A stretch of DNA of 64,000 nt from Phycisphaerae bacterium (lineage in GTDB: Bacteria; Planctomycetota; Phycisphaerae; SM23-33). The stretch's first letter is position 1. Each line of letters starts with the position of its first letter. The DNA lies in assembly GCA_009783465.1 (NCBI GenBank), contig WRDM01000010.1, positions 2,660 to 66,659 on the forward strand, given 5' to 3'. A model generated the notes under the pieces. That model made no database searches and was not told where the DNA came from. It saw only the letters and a list, made by a program, of their open reading frames with translations. Shown here in pieces: positions 29,169-38,383 of this stretch. A program made the position numbers and the translations under genes.

Positions 29169-29923
29169 ATTGCACCTTGGATAATTCCGACGAAATCGGC
29201 CACCTTCAGGCTCGCGCCGCCCACGAGGGCGCCGTCGACGTCGGCCTGGTTCAGCAATTCGGCGGCGTTGGACGCTTTGACCGATCCGCCGTACTGGATG
29301 CGGGTCGCGTCGGCGACGGCCTGTCCGTACAGCGTGTTCAGCAGCCCGCGGGTCATCGCGTGGACGTCCTGGGCCTGCTGCGGCGTGGCGGTTCGGCCTG
29401 TGCCGATCGCCCACACCGGCTCGTACGCCACCGTGACCCTGGCCATCTGCTCGCCGCTGACGCCCGACAGCCCGATCGTCACCTGACGGGCGACCACGTC
29501 GTTCGTCACGCCGCCGTCGCGCTCAGCCAGCAGCTCGCCGACGCAGAAAATCACGTCCAGCCCGTCGGCCAACGCTTTGACGATCTTGCGGTTGATCAGT
29601 TCGTCACTCTCGCCGATCACGTGGCGGCGCTCGGAATGGCCAAGAATGACGTACCGGCAGCCGACGTCCTTGAGCATGGCCCCGCTCACCTCGCCAGTGA
29701 ACGCGCCGTCGTTCTCGTAAAACATATCCTGTGCGCCGACGCCGATCGCGCTGCCCGACAACGCCGCCGCCACCTGCGGAATATACACAAACGGCGGGCA
29801 AACCGCGAGATCCACCGCGCCAAGAGAGGCCGCTTCCTTCGCCAACCCAGCCGCCAACGCCACCGACCCGGCCGCGTTGAGATTCATCTTCCAATTACCC
29901 GCGATAAACTTTTTTCGTGCCAC
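29165..29923 (-). CDS. tpiA: Triosephosphate isomerase
   Basis: AGNWKMN, GHSERR, AYEPVWAIGTG, YGGSV, LVGGASL. Confidence 0.97.
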   Translation of the reverse strand: MARKKFIAGNWKMNLNAAGSVALAAGLAKEAASLGAVDLAVCPPFVYIPQVAAALSGSAIGVGAQDMFYENDGAFTGEVSGAMLKDVGCRYVILGHSERRHVIGESDELINRKIVKALADGLDVIFCVGELLAERDGGVTNDVVARQVTIGLSGVSGEQMARVTVAYEPVWAIGTGRTATPQQAQDVHAMTRGLLNTLYGQAVADATRIQYGGSVKASNAAELLNQADVDGALVGGASLKVADFVGIIQGAM

Positions 29924-29956
29924 AATCGTCCTTTCGCTCAACGTTTCACTATTCAC

Positions 29957-30505
29957 TCAACGGCTGATGTCATCCACATGCGGATCCAGCAAGAAAAATT
30001 CGGATGCCGCCTCTTTCAGTTCTCGTGATGCGTGATACCAGAAGCACACGGTGACTTTGAAGCCGCGTTGCATGAGCAATTTCACCGCCGGCACATAATC
30101 GCTGTCGCCAGCGACAAGAATCATTTCCGTTTCACCGGCCTTCTGATTCCCAATGGCATCCATCGCATCGCCCATCATGGCGGAAATCACCCCGGTGTCG
30201 ATTTTCTTTTCGAGATTATCAAGACTGCGGTCTTCGACGGGCACCTCGAAACCACACTGCCGGGCCGCTTCCCACAGCGAGTCATTCTGCGGAGGACGCG
30301 AACCAAACAGCACCGCCTTTTTCAACCCGTTTCGAGCGCCACCGACCAGCGTCAACAACTTGCCAAAGTCATATTTCCAACTGGCCACCGAGATGTTTCG
30401 CGCATGCGCGTCCCGAATGTCAAACGCCAAGTCCTGCTCCACAGCGGCAACGAACTTGCCTTCGATCCAGACGTTCGAGTTGTCAACGTAAACGTACTTG
30501 TCCAT
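29957..30505 (-). CDS. NYN-domain (PIN-like) protein
   Basis: YVDNSN, EKKIDT, LVAGDSDYVP, ASRELK. Confidence 0.88.
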   Translation of the reverse strand: MDKYVYVDNSNVWIEGKFVAAVEQDLAFDIRDAHARNISVASWKYDFGKLLTLVGGARNGLKKAVLFGSRPPQNDSLWEAARQCGFEVPVEDRSLDNLEKKIDTGVISAMMGDAMDAIGNQKAGETEMILVAGDSDYVPAVKLLMQRGFKVTVCFWYHASRELKEAASEFFLLDPHVDDISR

Positions 30506-30544
30506 GTCAGTTCCTTGCGGCTGATTTTTTCGTCGTCCGCCGCC

Positions 30545-31690
30545 TCACGCCGTCTCTGCCGCCTTGGGGAAACTGCCCAGCACGTGCAGGAAACCGCAGT
30601 GCGGGCGGGCTTCTTCCAGGGCGTCGGCGAAATTCGCGTCCTCCGCATGCCCTTCGGCGTCGACGAAAAAATAATACTCCCAATTCCGCCGACGCGAAGG
30701 CCTGGTGTCGATATTCGTCAAATTTATCCCGTGCCGGCCGAAAATCGTCAACACGTCCACCAGTGCCCCAGCCTTGTGGGCGGTGGAAAACAACAAGGCC
30801 GTCTTGTCGTTGCCGCTTCGCCTGGCCGGGCGGGTCGAAATCACGAAAAACCGCGTCTGGTTCAGCGGATTGTCCTCGATATTCGCGAAAACGATCTTCA
30901 GCCCGTATAATTCCGCCGCCAGCGTCGATCCGATCGCCGCCAGACCTTCTTCCGCCGCCGCCATCTCCGCCGCCCGGCTGCTCGACGCGACCGGCACCTG
31001 CTGCACGCCCGGAAAACTCGACGACAGCCACTTGCGGCACTGGGCGAACACCTCTGGCTTGGAAGCGATCACCTTAATCTGCTCGGGCGGGCAATTGGCC
31101 AGCAGATTGTGATGAATCTCCACGATCGCCTCGGCGTACACGCTCACCGGGCTTTCGATGAACGCGTCCAGCGTGTCGATCACGCCGCCGCCGACGCTGT
31201 TTTCAATCGGCACCACGCCAAGATCCACGTGCCCGCGAACCACCTCGTCGAACACCGCGCGGATGTCCGTCACCGCGAAGTACTCCACGCTTCGACCGAA
31301 CTTCCGCATTGACGCCAGATGGCTGTAACTGCCCTCAGGACCAAGGTAGCCGACCCGGAGCGGTTTTTCCAGCATAAACGAGCCGCTCATCAGCTCGCGA
31401 TAGATCGCCTGGAGCGTTTTCTGCGGCAGCGGGCCCTGATTCAGGCCCGCGATCCGCTTGAACACCGCCTGCTCGCGGTCGGGACTGTACACCGGCAATC
31501 CGTCGGCCAGTTTGGCCCGCCCGACCTCAACCACCACGCGGGCACGATCGTTGAGCAACTCGATAATCTGCCGATCCAACTCGTCAATCCGCTGCCGCAA
31601 GGCCGGTAAATCCGCGCTGGACGCGTTCGCGCCCGGCACCGCCGAGGCCGCGTTTACCGCGCCACGAGTTGTCCTGCTCCTCTTCGCCAT
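30545..31690 (-). CDS. pheA: Chorismate mutase/prephenate dehydratase
   Basis: LRQRIDELD, YLGPEGSYS, PIENS, NQTRF, ACT domain. Confidence 0.95.
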   Translation of the reverse strand: MAKRSRTTRGAVNAASAVPGANASSADLPALRQRIDELDRQIIELLNDRARVVVEVGRAKLADGLPVYSPDREQAVFKRIAGLNQGPLPQKTLQAIYRELMSGSFMLEKPLRVGYLGPEGSYSHLASMRKFGRSVEYFAVTDIRAVFDEVVRGHVDLGVVPIENSVGGGVIDTLDAFIESPVSVYAEAIVEIHHNLLANCPPEQIKVIASKPEVFAQCRKWLSSSFPGVQQVPVASSSRAAEMAAAEEGLAAIGSTLAAELYGLKIVFANIEDNPLNQTRFFVISTRPARRSGNDKTALLFSTAHKAGALVDVLTIFGRHGINLTNIDTRPSRRRNWEYYFFVDAEGHAEDANFADALEEARPHCGFLHVLGSFPKAAETA

Positions 31691-31827
31691 AACCACACTC
31701 GGCGCGCAAAGCCCGCCTTGATAGACCCGCCTTTGTAACCTCTATTGCGACAATGGTCAAGGCGTTTTTCTTACGGCCAGGGCAAATCGGACCATCGCCT
31801 GTGCATTTTCCGTTTTTTCGCGTGACT

Positions 31828-31963
31828 TTCGCAGTCGGCGTAACTGGCCACAGGCCCTGCCAGTTTGCGTTGTAAGACGGTGTGAGCGACTGAGCGCTTC
31901 GATTGTCACAACGATCGACAACGCAAAATGGCAGGGCCTGTGGCCAGTTACGCCGAATACGAA
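31828..31963. repeat. Family D palindromic element
   Basis: TCGGCGTAACTGGCCACAGGCCCTGCCA / TGGCAGGGCCTGTGGCCAGTTACGCCGA. Confidence 0.9.
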
Positions 31964-32064
31964 TCCCATGTGAAATTGGGCAGTAAACGGATGCATCTAC
32001 TCTCCCGCGGGTGCACGCCTAAAATTGCCATCCGCCCCTGGGGGAATTCTGGTACAGTCGTCCC

Positions 32065-33555
32065 ATGATTCGTCAACCATTACTCTATACATTACTCATA
32101 ACCGTCGCGACCGGCCTGGTCGGGTGCGGGCCTGCGGTGCATTTTCCGGGGCCGGACATGCCCGAGGCCGCTCAACTCGTCGGCGCGTTTCGCGCGTACG
32201 ACGCCGACCGTGACGGCACGGCCGATTTCTTCCTGTTCACCAACGACCTCGGCCGCGTCGACCGCATCGGTTTTGGCTTGTTCGGACTCGGCCGGGGCGG
32301 CCCGCAAACGATCGTCCACCTCGACGAACTCGACCTCGCCGCCGCGCCGCACGTCGTCATCATTCTCGACGGCATCGGCTACGATGTGCTGCGGGCGTTC
32401 TACGACCGGGGCCATCTGCGATACTTCCACGCCCCGTCGCGCGTCGTCGCGCCCTACCCCTCGATGACCGACCTGTGCCTCGAAGACGCCCTCACCCATC
32501 GGCCCGCCAGGGGCGTGGAGGCCAAGTATTTCGACCGCAACGCCAACGCCATCGCCGGCGGATCGCTGGCCTACCTCCGCGGCGACAACCAGCCCTACCA
32601 GGCCCTGCTGCACTACCGCGCCGACCTCATCATGGACGCCCTCGGCTACATCGCGCCAAGCCGCGTCTACCGCCACGAGCTCAACGCCGCCAAAAAGGCC
32701 TTCGACAAACGGACATCACCGGAATTCATCGCGTATTTCGTCAGCTCCGCCGGACTGGGCACCGCCAAGGGCCAGGCCGGGCAGATCGAAGTCCTCGTCA
32801 ACGTCGAGCGGCTGGTCAACCAACTGATGTACGAAACGCGAGGCCAGGTCCGGCTGACGATGTTCAGCGACCACGGCCACTGCTACACGCGCGGGACGCG
32901 GATCCCGCTGGAAAAGCACCTCCAGGCCCGCGGCTGGAACGTGACGGACACATTGAAAGGTCCGCGCGACGTGGTATACGTGCGGTTCGGGCTGGTGACG
33001 TGCGCGAACTTCAGCACGGACAGCCCGGCGGCATTGGCCACGGATCTCGCCGCCGCCGAGGGCGTGGAGGTGGCCAGCCACGCCGAGGACGGCCGCGTGG
33101 TCGTGTACGGCCCGGCGGGCGGCAAGGCGGTCATCGGCCGGGCGGGCGATTCGTACACGTACGAAATGCGGGAAGGCGACCCGCTGAAACTTCGGGAGGC
33201 GTTGGCGACGATTTCCGCCAATCCCGACGGCTCGTACAACGACGCCGACCTGCTGGCCGCCACGGCGGATTGCGAGTATCCCTTCGCGTTGCAGCGGTTG
33301 TGGCGGGCGCATTTCGGCCTGGTGGAGAACCCGCCCGACGTGATCGTCTCGCTGGCCGACGCGTACTACAGCGGCACCGCCTGGATGGACTTCTTCGCGA
33401 CCGTCGCGTCCACGCACGGCAGCTTGAACCGCGTCAACAGCACCACCTTCGCGATGACCACGCTGGCCCCGCTGCCGCCCGTCATGCAAAGCCGCGACCT
33501 TGCCCCCGCCCTGGGCACCCTGCTGGGCGAACCGTTCCCCAAACGCAAGCCGTGA
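32065..33555 (+). CDS. Alkaline-phosphatase-superfamily lipoprotein
   Basis: LVGC lipobox; IILDG, PYPSMT, FSDHGH, THGSL. Confidence 0.7.
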   Translation: MIRQPLLYTLLITVATGLVGCGPAVHFPGPDMPEAAQLVGAFRAYDADRDGTADFFLFTNDLGRVDRIGFGLFGLGRGGPQTIVHLDELDLAAAPHVVIILDGIGYDVLRAFYDRGHLRYFHAPSRVVAPYPSMTDLCLEDALTHRPARGVEAKYFDRNANAIAGGSLAYLRGDNQPYQALLHYRADLIMDALGYIAPSRVYRHELNAAKKAFDKRTSPEFIAYFVSSAGLGTAKGQAGQIEVLVNVERLVNQLMYETRGQVRLTMFSDHGHCYTRGTRIPLEKHLQARGWNVTDTLKGPRDVVYVRFGLVTCANFSTDSPAALATDLAAAEGVEVASHAEDGRVVVYGPAGGKAVIGRAGDSYTYEMREGDPLKLREALATISANPDGSYNDADLLAATADCEYPFALQRLWRAHFGLVENPPDVIVSLADAYYSGTAWMDFFATVASTHGSLNRVNSTTFAMTTLAPLPPVMQSRDLAPALGTLLGEPFPKRKP

Positions 33556-33601
33556 CCGGGGCAGGGCGAACGCATTCTCGCAGTGTATGGGTGAAATCAT
33601 A

Positions 33602-33672
33602 CCGTTTGTTCGAGGGGATGATTTCGTTAACGAATTGACGAGTCAACGAAAACGTTCCTTCGGGCAAGCGGC
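33602..33672. repeat. Degenerate family G element
   Basis: CGTTTGTTCGAGGGGATG arm shared with 53036; GTTAACGA/GTCAACGA octamers. Confidence 0.7.
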
Positions 33673-33741
33673 GGGATTTCACCGTCGAATCACAAGGTTG
33701 CGTTTGCCCGTGTCTTGCGGAATGTCGCCTATGCTGTTGGC

Positions 33742-35067
33742 ATGGACACTCCACCGATTCCGCCGCCGCGTTTGCCTGGCGTTGGGTCCGCGTCGGCGGA
33801 TCGTGGGACGGTGCGGGCGGCGGTGGAGGTGCTGGACGGGTCGTCGCGTCGTCGGGTGTGGAGGCGGGTGTTGCCGTTCATGGGACCTGCGTTTATCGCG
33901 TCGGTGGCGTACATGGATCCCGGCAACTTCGCCACCAATCTCGAAGGTGGGGCGAAGCTGGGGTTGACGTTGTTGTGGGTGGTGCTGGCGAGCAATCTGA
34001 TGGCCATGCTGGTGCAGTCGCTGTCGGCGAAGTTGGGGATCGCGACGGGTCACAATCTGGCGGAGTTGTGTCGGCTGCGGTATCGACCGGCGGTGGTGTA
34101 CGGCATGTGGGTCGTCATGGAGGTGGTGGCCATGGCGACGGATCTGGCGGAATTTCTCGGCGGGGCGTTGGGGTTTTATTTGTTGCTGGGCGTGCCGATG
34201 TGGCTGGCGGCGGTGCTGACGGCGGTGGTGACGTTTGGCGTGTTGCTGTTGGAGCGGCTGGGGTTTCGGCCCATGGAGGCGGTGATCACGGTGATGATTG
34301 GCGTGATCGCGGTGTGTTACTTGATTGTGGTGGCGATGCGATTTCCGCCGATGGGGGAGGTGGTCGGCGCGGTGGCGGTTCCACGGCTGCCGTCTCGGGA
34401 GGCGGTGTATCTGGCGGCGGCGATTCTGGGCGCGACGGTGATGCCGCACGTGATTTTTCTGCATTCGGCGTTGACGCAGGGGCGGGTGGTCACGCGGAGA
34501 CCCAAGCAATTGCGTCGGTTGATGCGGTATGAAATGGTCGACGTGGTGGTGGCGATGGGCGTGGCGGGGTGCGTCAACGCGGCGATGTTGATCATGGCGG
34601 CCCAGACGTTCCATCGCGGCGGCGTCGAGGACGCGGGCACGATCGAGCGGGCGTATCAGACGCTCACGCCGCTGCTGGGTTCGGCGGCGGCGACGTTGTT
34701 CGCGATGTCGCTGCTGGCGTCGGGGCTGTCGTCGTCGGCCGTCGGGACGATGGCGGGGCAGACCATCATGCAGGGGTTCCTGCGGCGGCGCATTCCCGTT
34801 TGGCTGCGGCGGCTGATCACGATGGCGCCGCCCCTGACGATCATTCTGCTCGGCGCTGACCCGACGCGGACGCTGGTCTTCAGCCAGGTGGTGCTCAGTT
34901 TTGGCCTGCCGTTCGCGCTGGTGCCGCTGATCCTCTTCACCCGTCGCCGTGACCTCATGGGCACACTCGTCAATCGCCGATCCACCACCGCCCTGGCGGC
35001 GATCGTGGCGGGGGGGATTATTTTGCTCAATGGGTATTTGTTGTGGCAGATAGCCACTAGTGGCTAG
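33742..35067 (+). CDS. mntH: NRAMP divalent metal transporter
   Basis: AYMDPGN, ATDLAEFLG, GATVMPH, SQVVLSF. Confidence 0.93.
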   Translation: MDTPPIPPPRLPGVGSASADRGTVRAAVEVLDGSSRRRVWRRVLPFMGPAFIASVAYMDPGNFATNLEGGAKLGLTLLWVVLASNLMAMLVQSLSAKLGIATGHNLAELCRLRYRPAVVYGMWVVMEVVAMATDLAEFLGGALGFYLLLGVPMWLAAVLTAVVTFGVLLLERLGFRPMEAVITVMIGVIAVCYLIVVAMRFPPMGEVVGAVAVPRLPSREAVYLAAAILGATVMPHVIFLHSALTQGRVVTRRPKQLRRLMRYEMVDVVVAMGVAGCVNAAMLIMAAQTFHRGGVEDAGTIERAYQTLTPLLGSAAATLFAMSLLASGLSSSAVGTMAGQTIMQGFLRRRIPVWLRRLITMAPPLTIILLGADPTRTLVFSQVVLSFGLPFALVPLILFTRRRDLMGTLVNRRSTTALAAIVAGGIILLNGYLLWQIATSG

Positions 35068-35073
35068 TGGCTG
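35050..35073. repeat. Collapsed family A palindrome containing the mntH stop
   Basis: TAGCCACTAGTGGCTAGTGGCT with no spacer. Confidence 0.6.
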
Positions 35074-35094
35074 TTTCTGCACGAGGTGCCCACA

Positions 35095-36024
35095 ATGTCC
35101 GAGAACAACCGATTTCAAAAAATTTTGGTCCCTCTGGACGGTTCGCGTCTGGCGGAGTGTGCGTTGCCGCTGGCGGCGGCGATTGCCCGGCGGGCTGGCG
35201 GGGCGGTGATGTTGCTGCATGTGTTGGAGGCGTCGCCGCCCGATGCGGTGCATGGGCAGCGGCATCTTCGCACGGCGGCGGAGGCGGCGGAGTATTTGCA
35301 GGCCGTCGCCCAGGCCCATCGCGGCGGGGGGCTTGAGGTCGAGTGGCACGTGCATGAGCCGCCACAGTCCGACACGGCCGCCGGGCTGGGCGGGCACGCC
35401 GAGGAGTTCGTCAGCGACCTGGTCGTCATGTGTATGCATGGGCGGGCGCGGCTTCGGGATTGGCTTGTCGGCAACCTCGCTCAGCAGTTGGCGCGGCGGC
35501 AGCGTACGCCGATTCTGCTGGTGCCCGCCCGCAAGGGTCAGCCGCCGCCCGCGACGATTCGCCGATGCCTGGCGCCGCTGGACGGCGAGCCTGGCCATTT
35601 GCGGGGCCTGGGCGTCGCGGCGGCGTTTGCTTCGCTGATGTCGGCGGACGTGTTGCTGGCGACGGTGGTGAATCCGCGACATCGGGCGCGGAAGGCGCTG
35701 GCGGCCAACGCGCTGCTGCCGGGGACGATGCAGTCCATCGCGGAGTTTCGGCAGGAGCAGGCCGTCGCGTTCCTCCAGGAGCAGGCGTCGGCGCTGGCTG
35801 CCCGCGGCGTGCCGACGGCGGCGGTGATGATCATCGGCGGCGACCCCGCCCACGGCCTGGCCCGCCTGGCGAGGCAACGTCATGCCGACCTGGTCGCCCT
35901 CACGACGCACGGCCGATCGGGCACAAACGCATTCTGGTCCCGCAGTCTCCCGCCTCGCCTGCTGAGCAGGTTGAGCACGATGTTCCTCCTCGTGCCGGCG
36001 GAGGAGCAGAGTGAGTACGTCTGA
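35095..36024 (+). CDS. Tandem universal stress protein
   Basis: KILVPLDGS, VMCMHGR; second domain APLDG, ALTTHGRS. Confidence 0.9.
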   Translation: MSENNRFQKILVPLDGSRLAECALPLAAAIARRAGGAVMLLHVLEASPPDAVHGQRHLRTAAEAAEYLQAVAQAHRGGGLEVEWHVHEPPQSDTAAGLGGHAEEFVSDLVVMCMHGRARLRDWLVGNLAQQLARRQRTPILLVPARKGQPPPATIRRCLAPLDGEPGHLRGLGVAAAFASLMSADVLLATVVNPRHRARKALAANALLPGTMQSIAEFRQEQAVAFLQEQASALAARGVPTAAVMIIGGDPAHGLARLARQRHADLVALTTHGRSGTNAFWSRSLPPRLLSRLSTMFLLVPAEEQSEYV

Positions 36025-36058
36025 GTTTTTGCCGTTTTCGTGAGATTTTTACGAGGGA

Positions 36059-36420
36059 ATTGTCGTAAATCCGAAGCACGAAATTCGAAATCCAAAACAA
36101 ATTCTAAACGGCAAATCAGAAACCCCAAACGGCAAGGCCATGCCATGCGTCGAGGCGTGTGGCGTGGCAGGGCCATCGCATCTAAATTCCCCGTTTTTCG
36201 CGAAAAGGCTGTAGGCTGTAGTCGCGGCAGTTTTTGTGACAAATTTTTCGACACGGCATGTCGCGCCTACAGCCTACAGCCTAAAAACGGGACTTTTTCG
36301 ATGCGATGGCCCTGGGTGGCGTGGCGATAGCGTTTGGATTTTGAATTTTTCTGCACGACAATCCAGAACACAAGCCCATTCGTCATGGATTCGTCATTCG
36401 GGTTTCGTCATTTTGATTTT
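36059..36420. repeat. Triple-nested palindrome plus a family F arm
   Basis: Family B outer arms; CAGGGCCATCGCATC/GATGCGATGGCCCTG; inner AGGCTGTAGGCTGTAG/CTACAGCCTACAGCCT. Confidence 0.8.
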
Positions 36421-36518
36421 CGCCGTCGTTTGCCACCCACAAACGTGACGTACGCCGTAGCGCGAACGTTCCCACTCCTCCCTCGTCACGTCCGGTCCGC
36501 CGTGTTATACTTTCCCGC

Positions 36519-37793
36519 ATGAATGTTCGGTTTCTTCATGCGGCTGATTTGCACTTGGATACGCCGTTTTCGGGGTTGTCGGCGTTGGAGCCTGGCGTGG
36601 CGTCGGCGTTGCGGGACGCGTCGTTGGCGGCGTGGGACAATCTGGTGGCCTTGGCGGTGGCGAGGGCGGTGGATTTCGTCGTGCTCGCGGGGGATATTTA
36701 CGACGGCGAGGACCGCGGCGTACGGGCGCAGTTGCGGCTGGCGCGGGGGTTGGAGCGGCTTTCGGCGGCGGGCATTTCCACGTTCATCGCGCACGGCAAT
36801 CACGATCCGCTGGGCGGGTACAGCGCGATTCGCCAATGGCCTGCCGGCGTGCATATTTTCGGCAGCGAGCGTGTGGAGCGGCGGACGATCGAACGCGACG
36901 GGCGCGAACTGGCGCATGTGTACGGCGTGAGTTACTCGCAGCCGGCGGTTCGGGAGAATCTGGCGGCGGGGTTTTCTCGCGAGGGCGGTGGGGGGCTGCA
37001 CGTCGGCGTGCTGCATTGCAACGTGGGCGGCAGCGGTGAGCACGATGCGTACAGTCCGTGCGAATTGGCCGACCTGGAGCGGGCGGGCATGGATTACTGG
37101 GCGCTGGGGCACATTCACCGGCAGACGACGCTGCCGGCCCGCGGCTGTTGGGCGGTGTACAGTGGCAACACGCAGGGTCGCAGTCCCAAGCCCAGCGAGT
37201 GCGGCCCCAAGGGCGTGATGATCGTGGAGGCGGACTCGGCCGGCGGCGTGCGGTCGGCCGAGCACGTGCCGGTCGACGCGGCCCGGTTCGTGCACGACGA
37301 GTTGGACGTGGCCGACGTGGCGGATCTGTCGGCGCTGCGAGCGGCGTTGCTGGAACGCGCGGCGGCGCTGCGGGCCGAGCACGACGGGCGGGCGCTGGTG
37401 ATTCGGATGACGCTCGCAGGCGCGGGGCCGGTCCACGCGGATGTGCGGCGGCCTGGCGCGATGGAGGAGTTGCTGGCCGAGTTGCGGCGGGAGTGCGAGG
37501 CCGAGCGGCCTGTGTTGTATTGGGAGGGGCTGTTGGACCGCACGCGGGCGGCGTTGGCGTTGGACCGGATCGCCGAGCGGGGCGATTTTTCCGCCGACGT
37601 GCTCGCGCAGGCCAGGCTGCTGTCGCGGGATCCCGAGCGGCTTGACGAGTTGATGCAGGCGCACACGGCGGAGTTGAAACGGATTCCCGCGCGCTGGACG
37701 CGCGACCTGCCGCCGGCGGATGCGCAGGCGATTCTCGACGGCGCGATGTGGCTGGCGCTGGAGATGCTGCGGGAAGGGGAGAAGACAGAATGA
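36519..37793 (+). CDS. SbcD/Mre11-like nuclease (YhaO type)
   Basis: HAADLHLD, AGDIYD, GNHD, ALGHIH. Confidence 0.93.
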   Translation: MNVRFLHAADLHLDTPFSGLSALEPGVASALRDASLAAWDNLVALAVARAVDFVVLAGDIYDGEDRGVRAQLRLARGLERLSAAGISTFIAHGNHDPLGGYSAIRQWPAGVHIFGSERVERRTIERDGRELAHVYGVSYSQPAVRENLAAGFSREGGGGLHVGVLHCNVGGSGEHDAYSPCELADLERAGMDYWALGHIHRQTTLPARGCWAVYSGNTQGRSPKPSECGPKGVMIVEADSAGGVRSAEHVPVDAARFVHDELDVADVADLSALRAALLERAAALRAEHDGRALVIRMTLAGAGPVHADVRRPGAMEELLAELRRECEAERPVLYWEGLLDRTRAALALDRIAERGDFSADVLAQARLLSRDPERLDELMQAHTAELKRIPARWTRDLPPADAQAILDGAMWLALEMLREGEKTE

Positions 37794-38345
37794 CGGAAAA
37801 TCCGAAATGCGAGAGGCGACATTCGAAACAAAGCGAGCCTGTGGCATTGCGTGTGTGTGGATTTCACATTGAAGGCGCATCACGTGGCCTCCCCGGTCTC
37901 GCGTTGCAGTGCCGGCACACAGCCCCGGCAGGGGCGTCTTGGGTAGCCCAGGGTGAGCGGTACGCCGCGAACCCTGGGGCAGGCGTTGTATCAAATTCTC
38001 TTGTCGTGCCTGACGCCACTGGCCGAGGGCGCCTACGCGGGCCTGTATGGATTCGAACGACACGCACAGGGGAACGAGCGCGTCGTTCGCTGCCGTATTC
38101 ACATGACGGTGTGCCCTCGGCCAGTGGCGTCAGGCACGAGGAGGGAGTAAAAAGGGCCTTGTCCCCAGGGCTCGCGAGTACGCTCGCCCTGGGCTACCCA
38201 AGACGCCCCTGCCGGGGCTGTGTGCCGGTACTTCGACGCGAGGCTGTGGAGGCTTCTTGTTGCGCCTTCAGCGTCGAAACCACACTCCTGCAACGCGACA
38301 GCCTCCGTTTGTTTCAAATTTCGAGATTCGGATTTCGAATTTCAG
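37788..38345. repeat. Family B shell enclosing a ~440-bp family C palindrome
   Basis: AGCCCCGGCAGGGGCGTCTTGGGTAGCCCAGGG / CCCTGGGCTACCCAAGACGCCCCTGCCGGGGCT; GTGCCTGACGCCACTGGCCGAGG inner arms. Confidence 0.9.
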
Positions 38346-38383
38346 ACGCACCGATACGCGGTTTGATTTCATGAAACGAAAAA

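Noticed and set aside
33679-35910. 743-aa minus-strand ORF and similar long ORFs (13333-14886, 39188-40867, 45453-47477, 53596-55149)
   Set aside because: Antisense shadows of well-supported genes in GC-rich DNA; no recognisable motifs
37748-38374. Apparent small protein family (GASWVAQGERY, TAHPGLPKTP), also at 12923, 44151, 58380
   Set aside because: Translations of family C palindromes in inconsistent frames and strands
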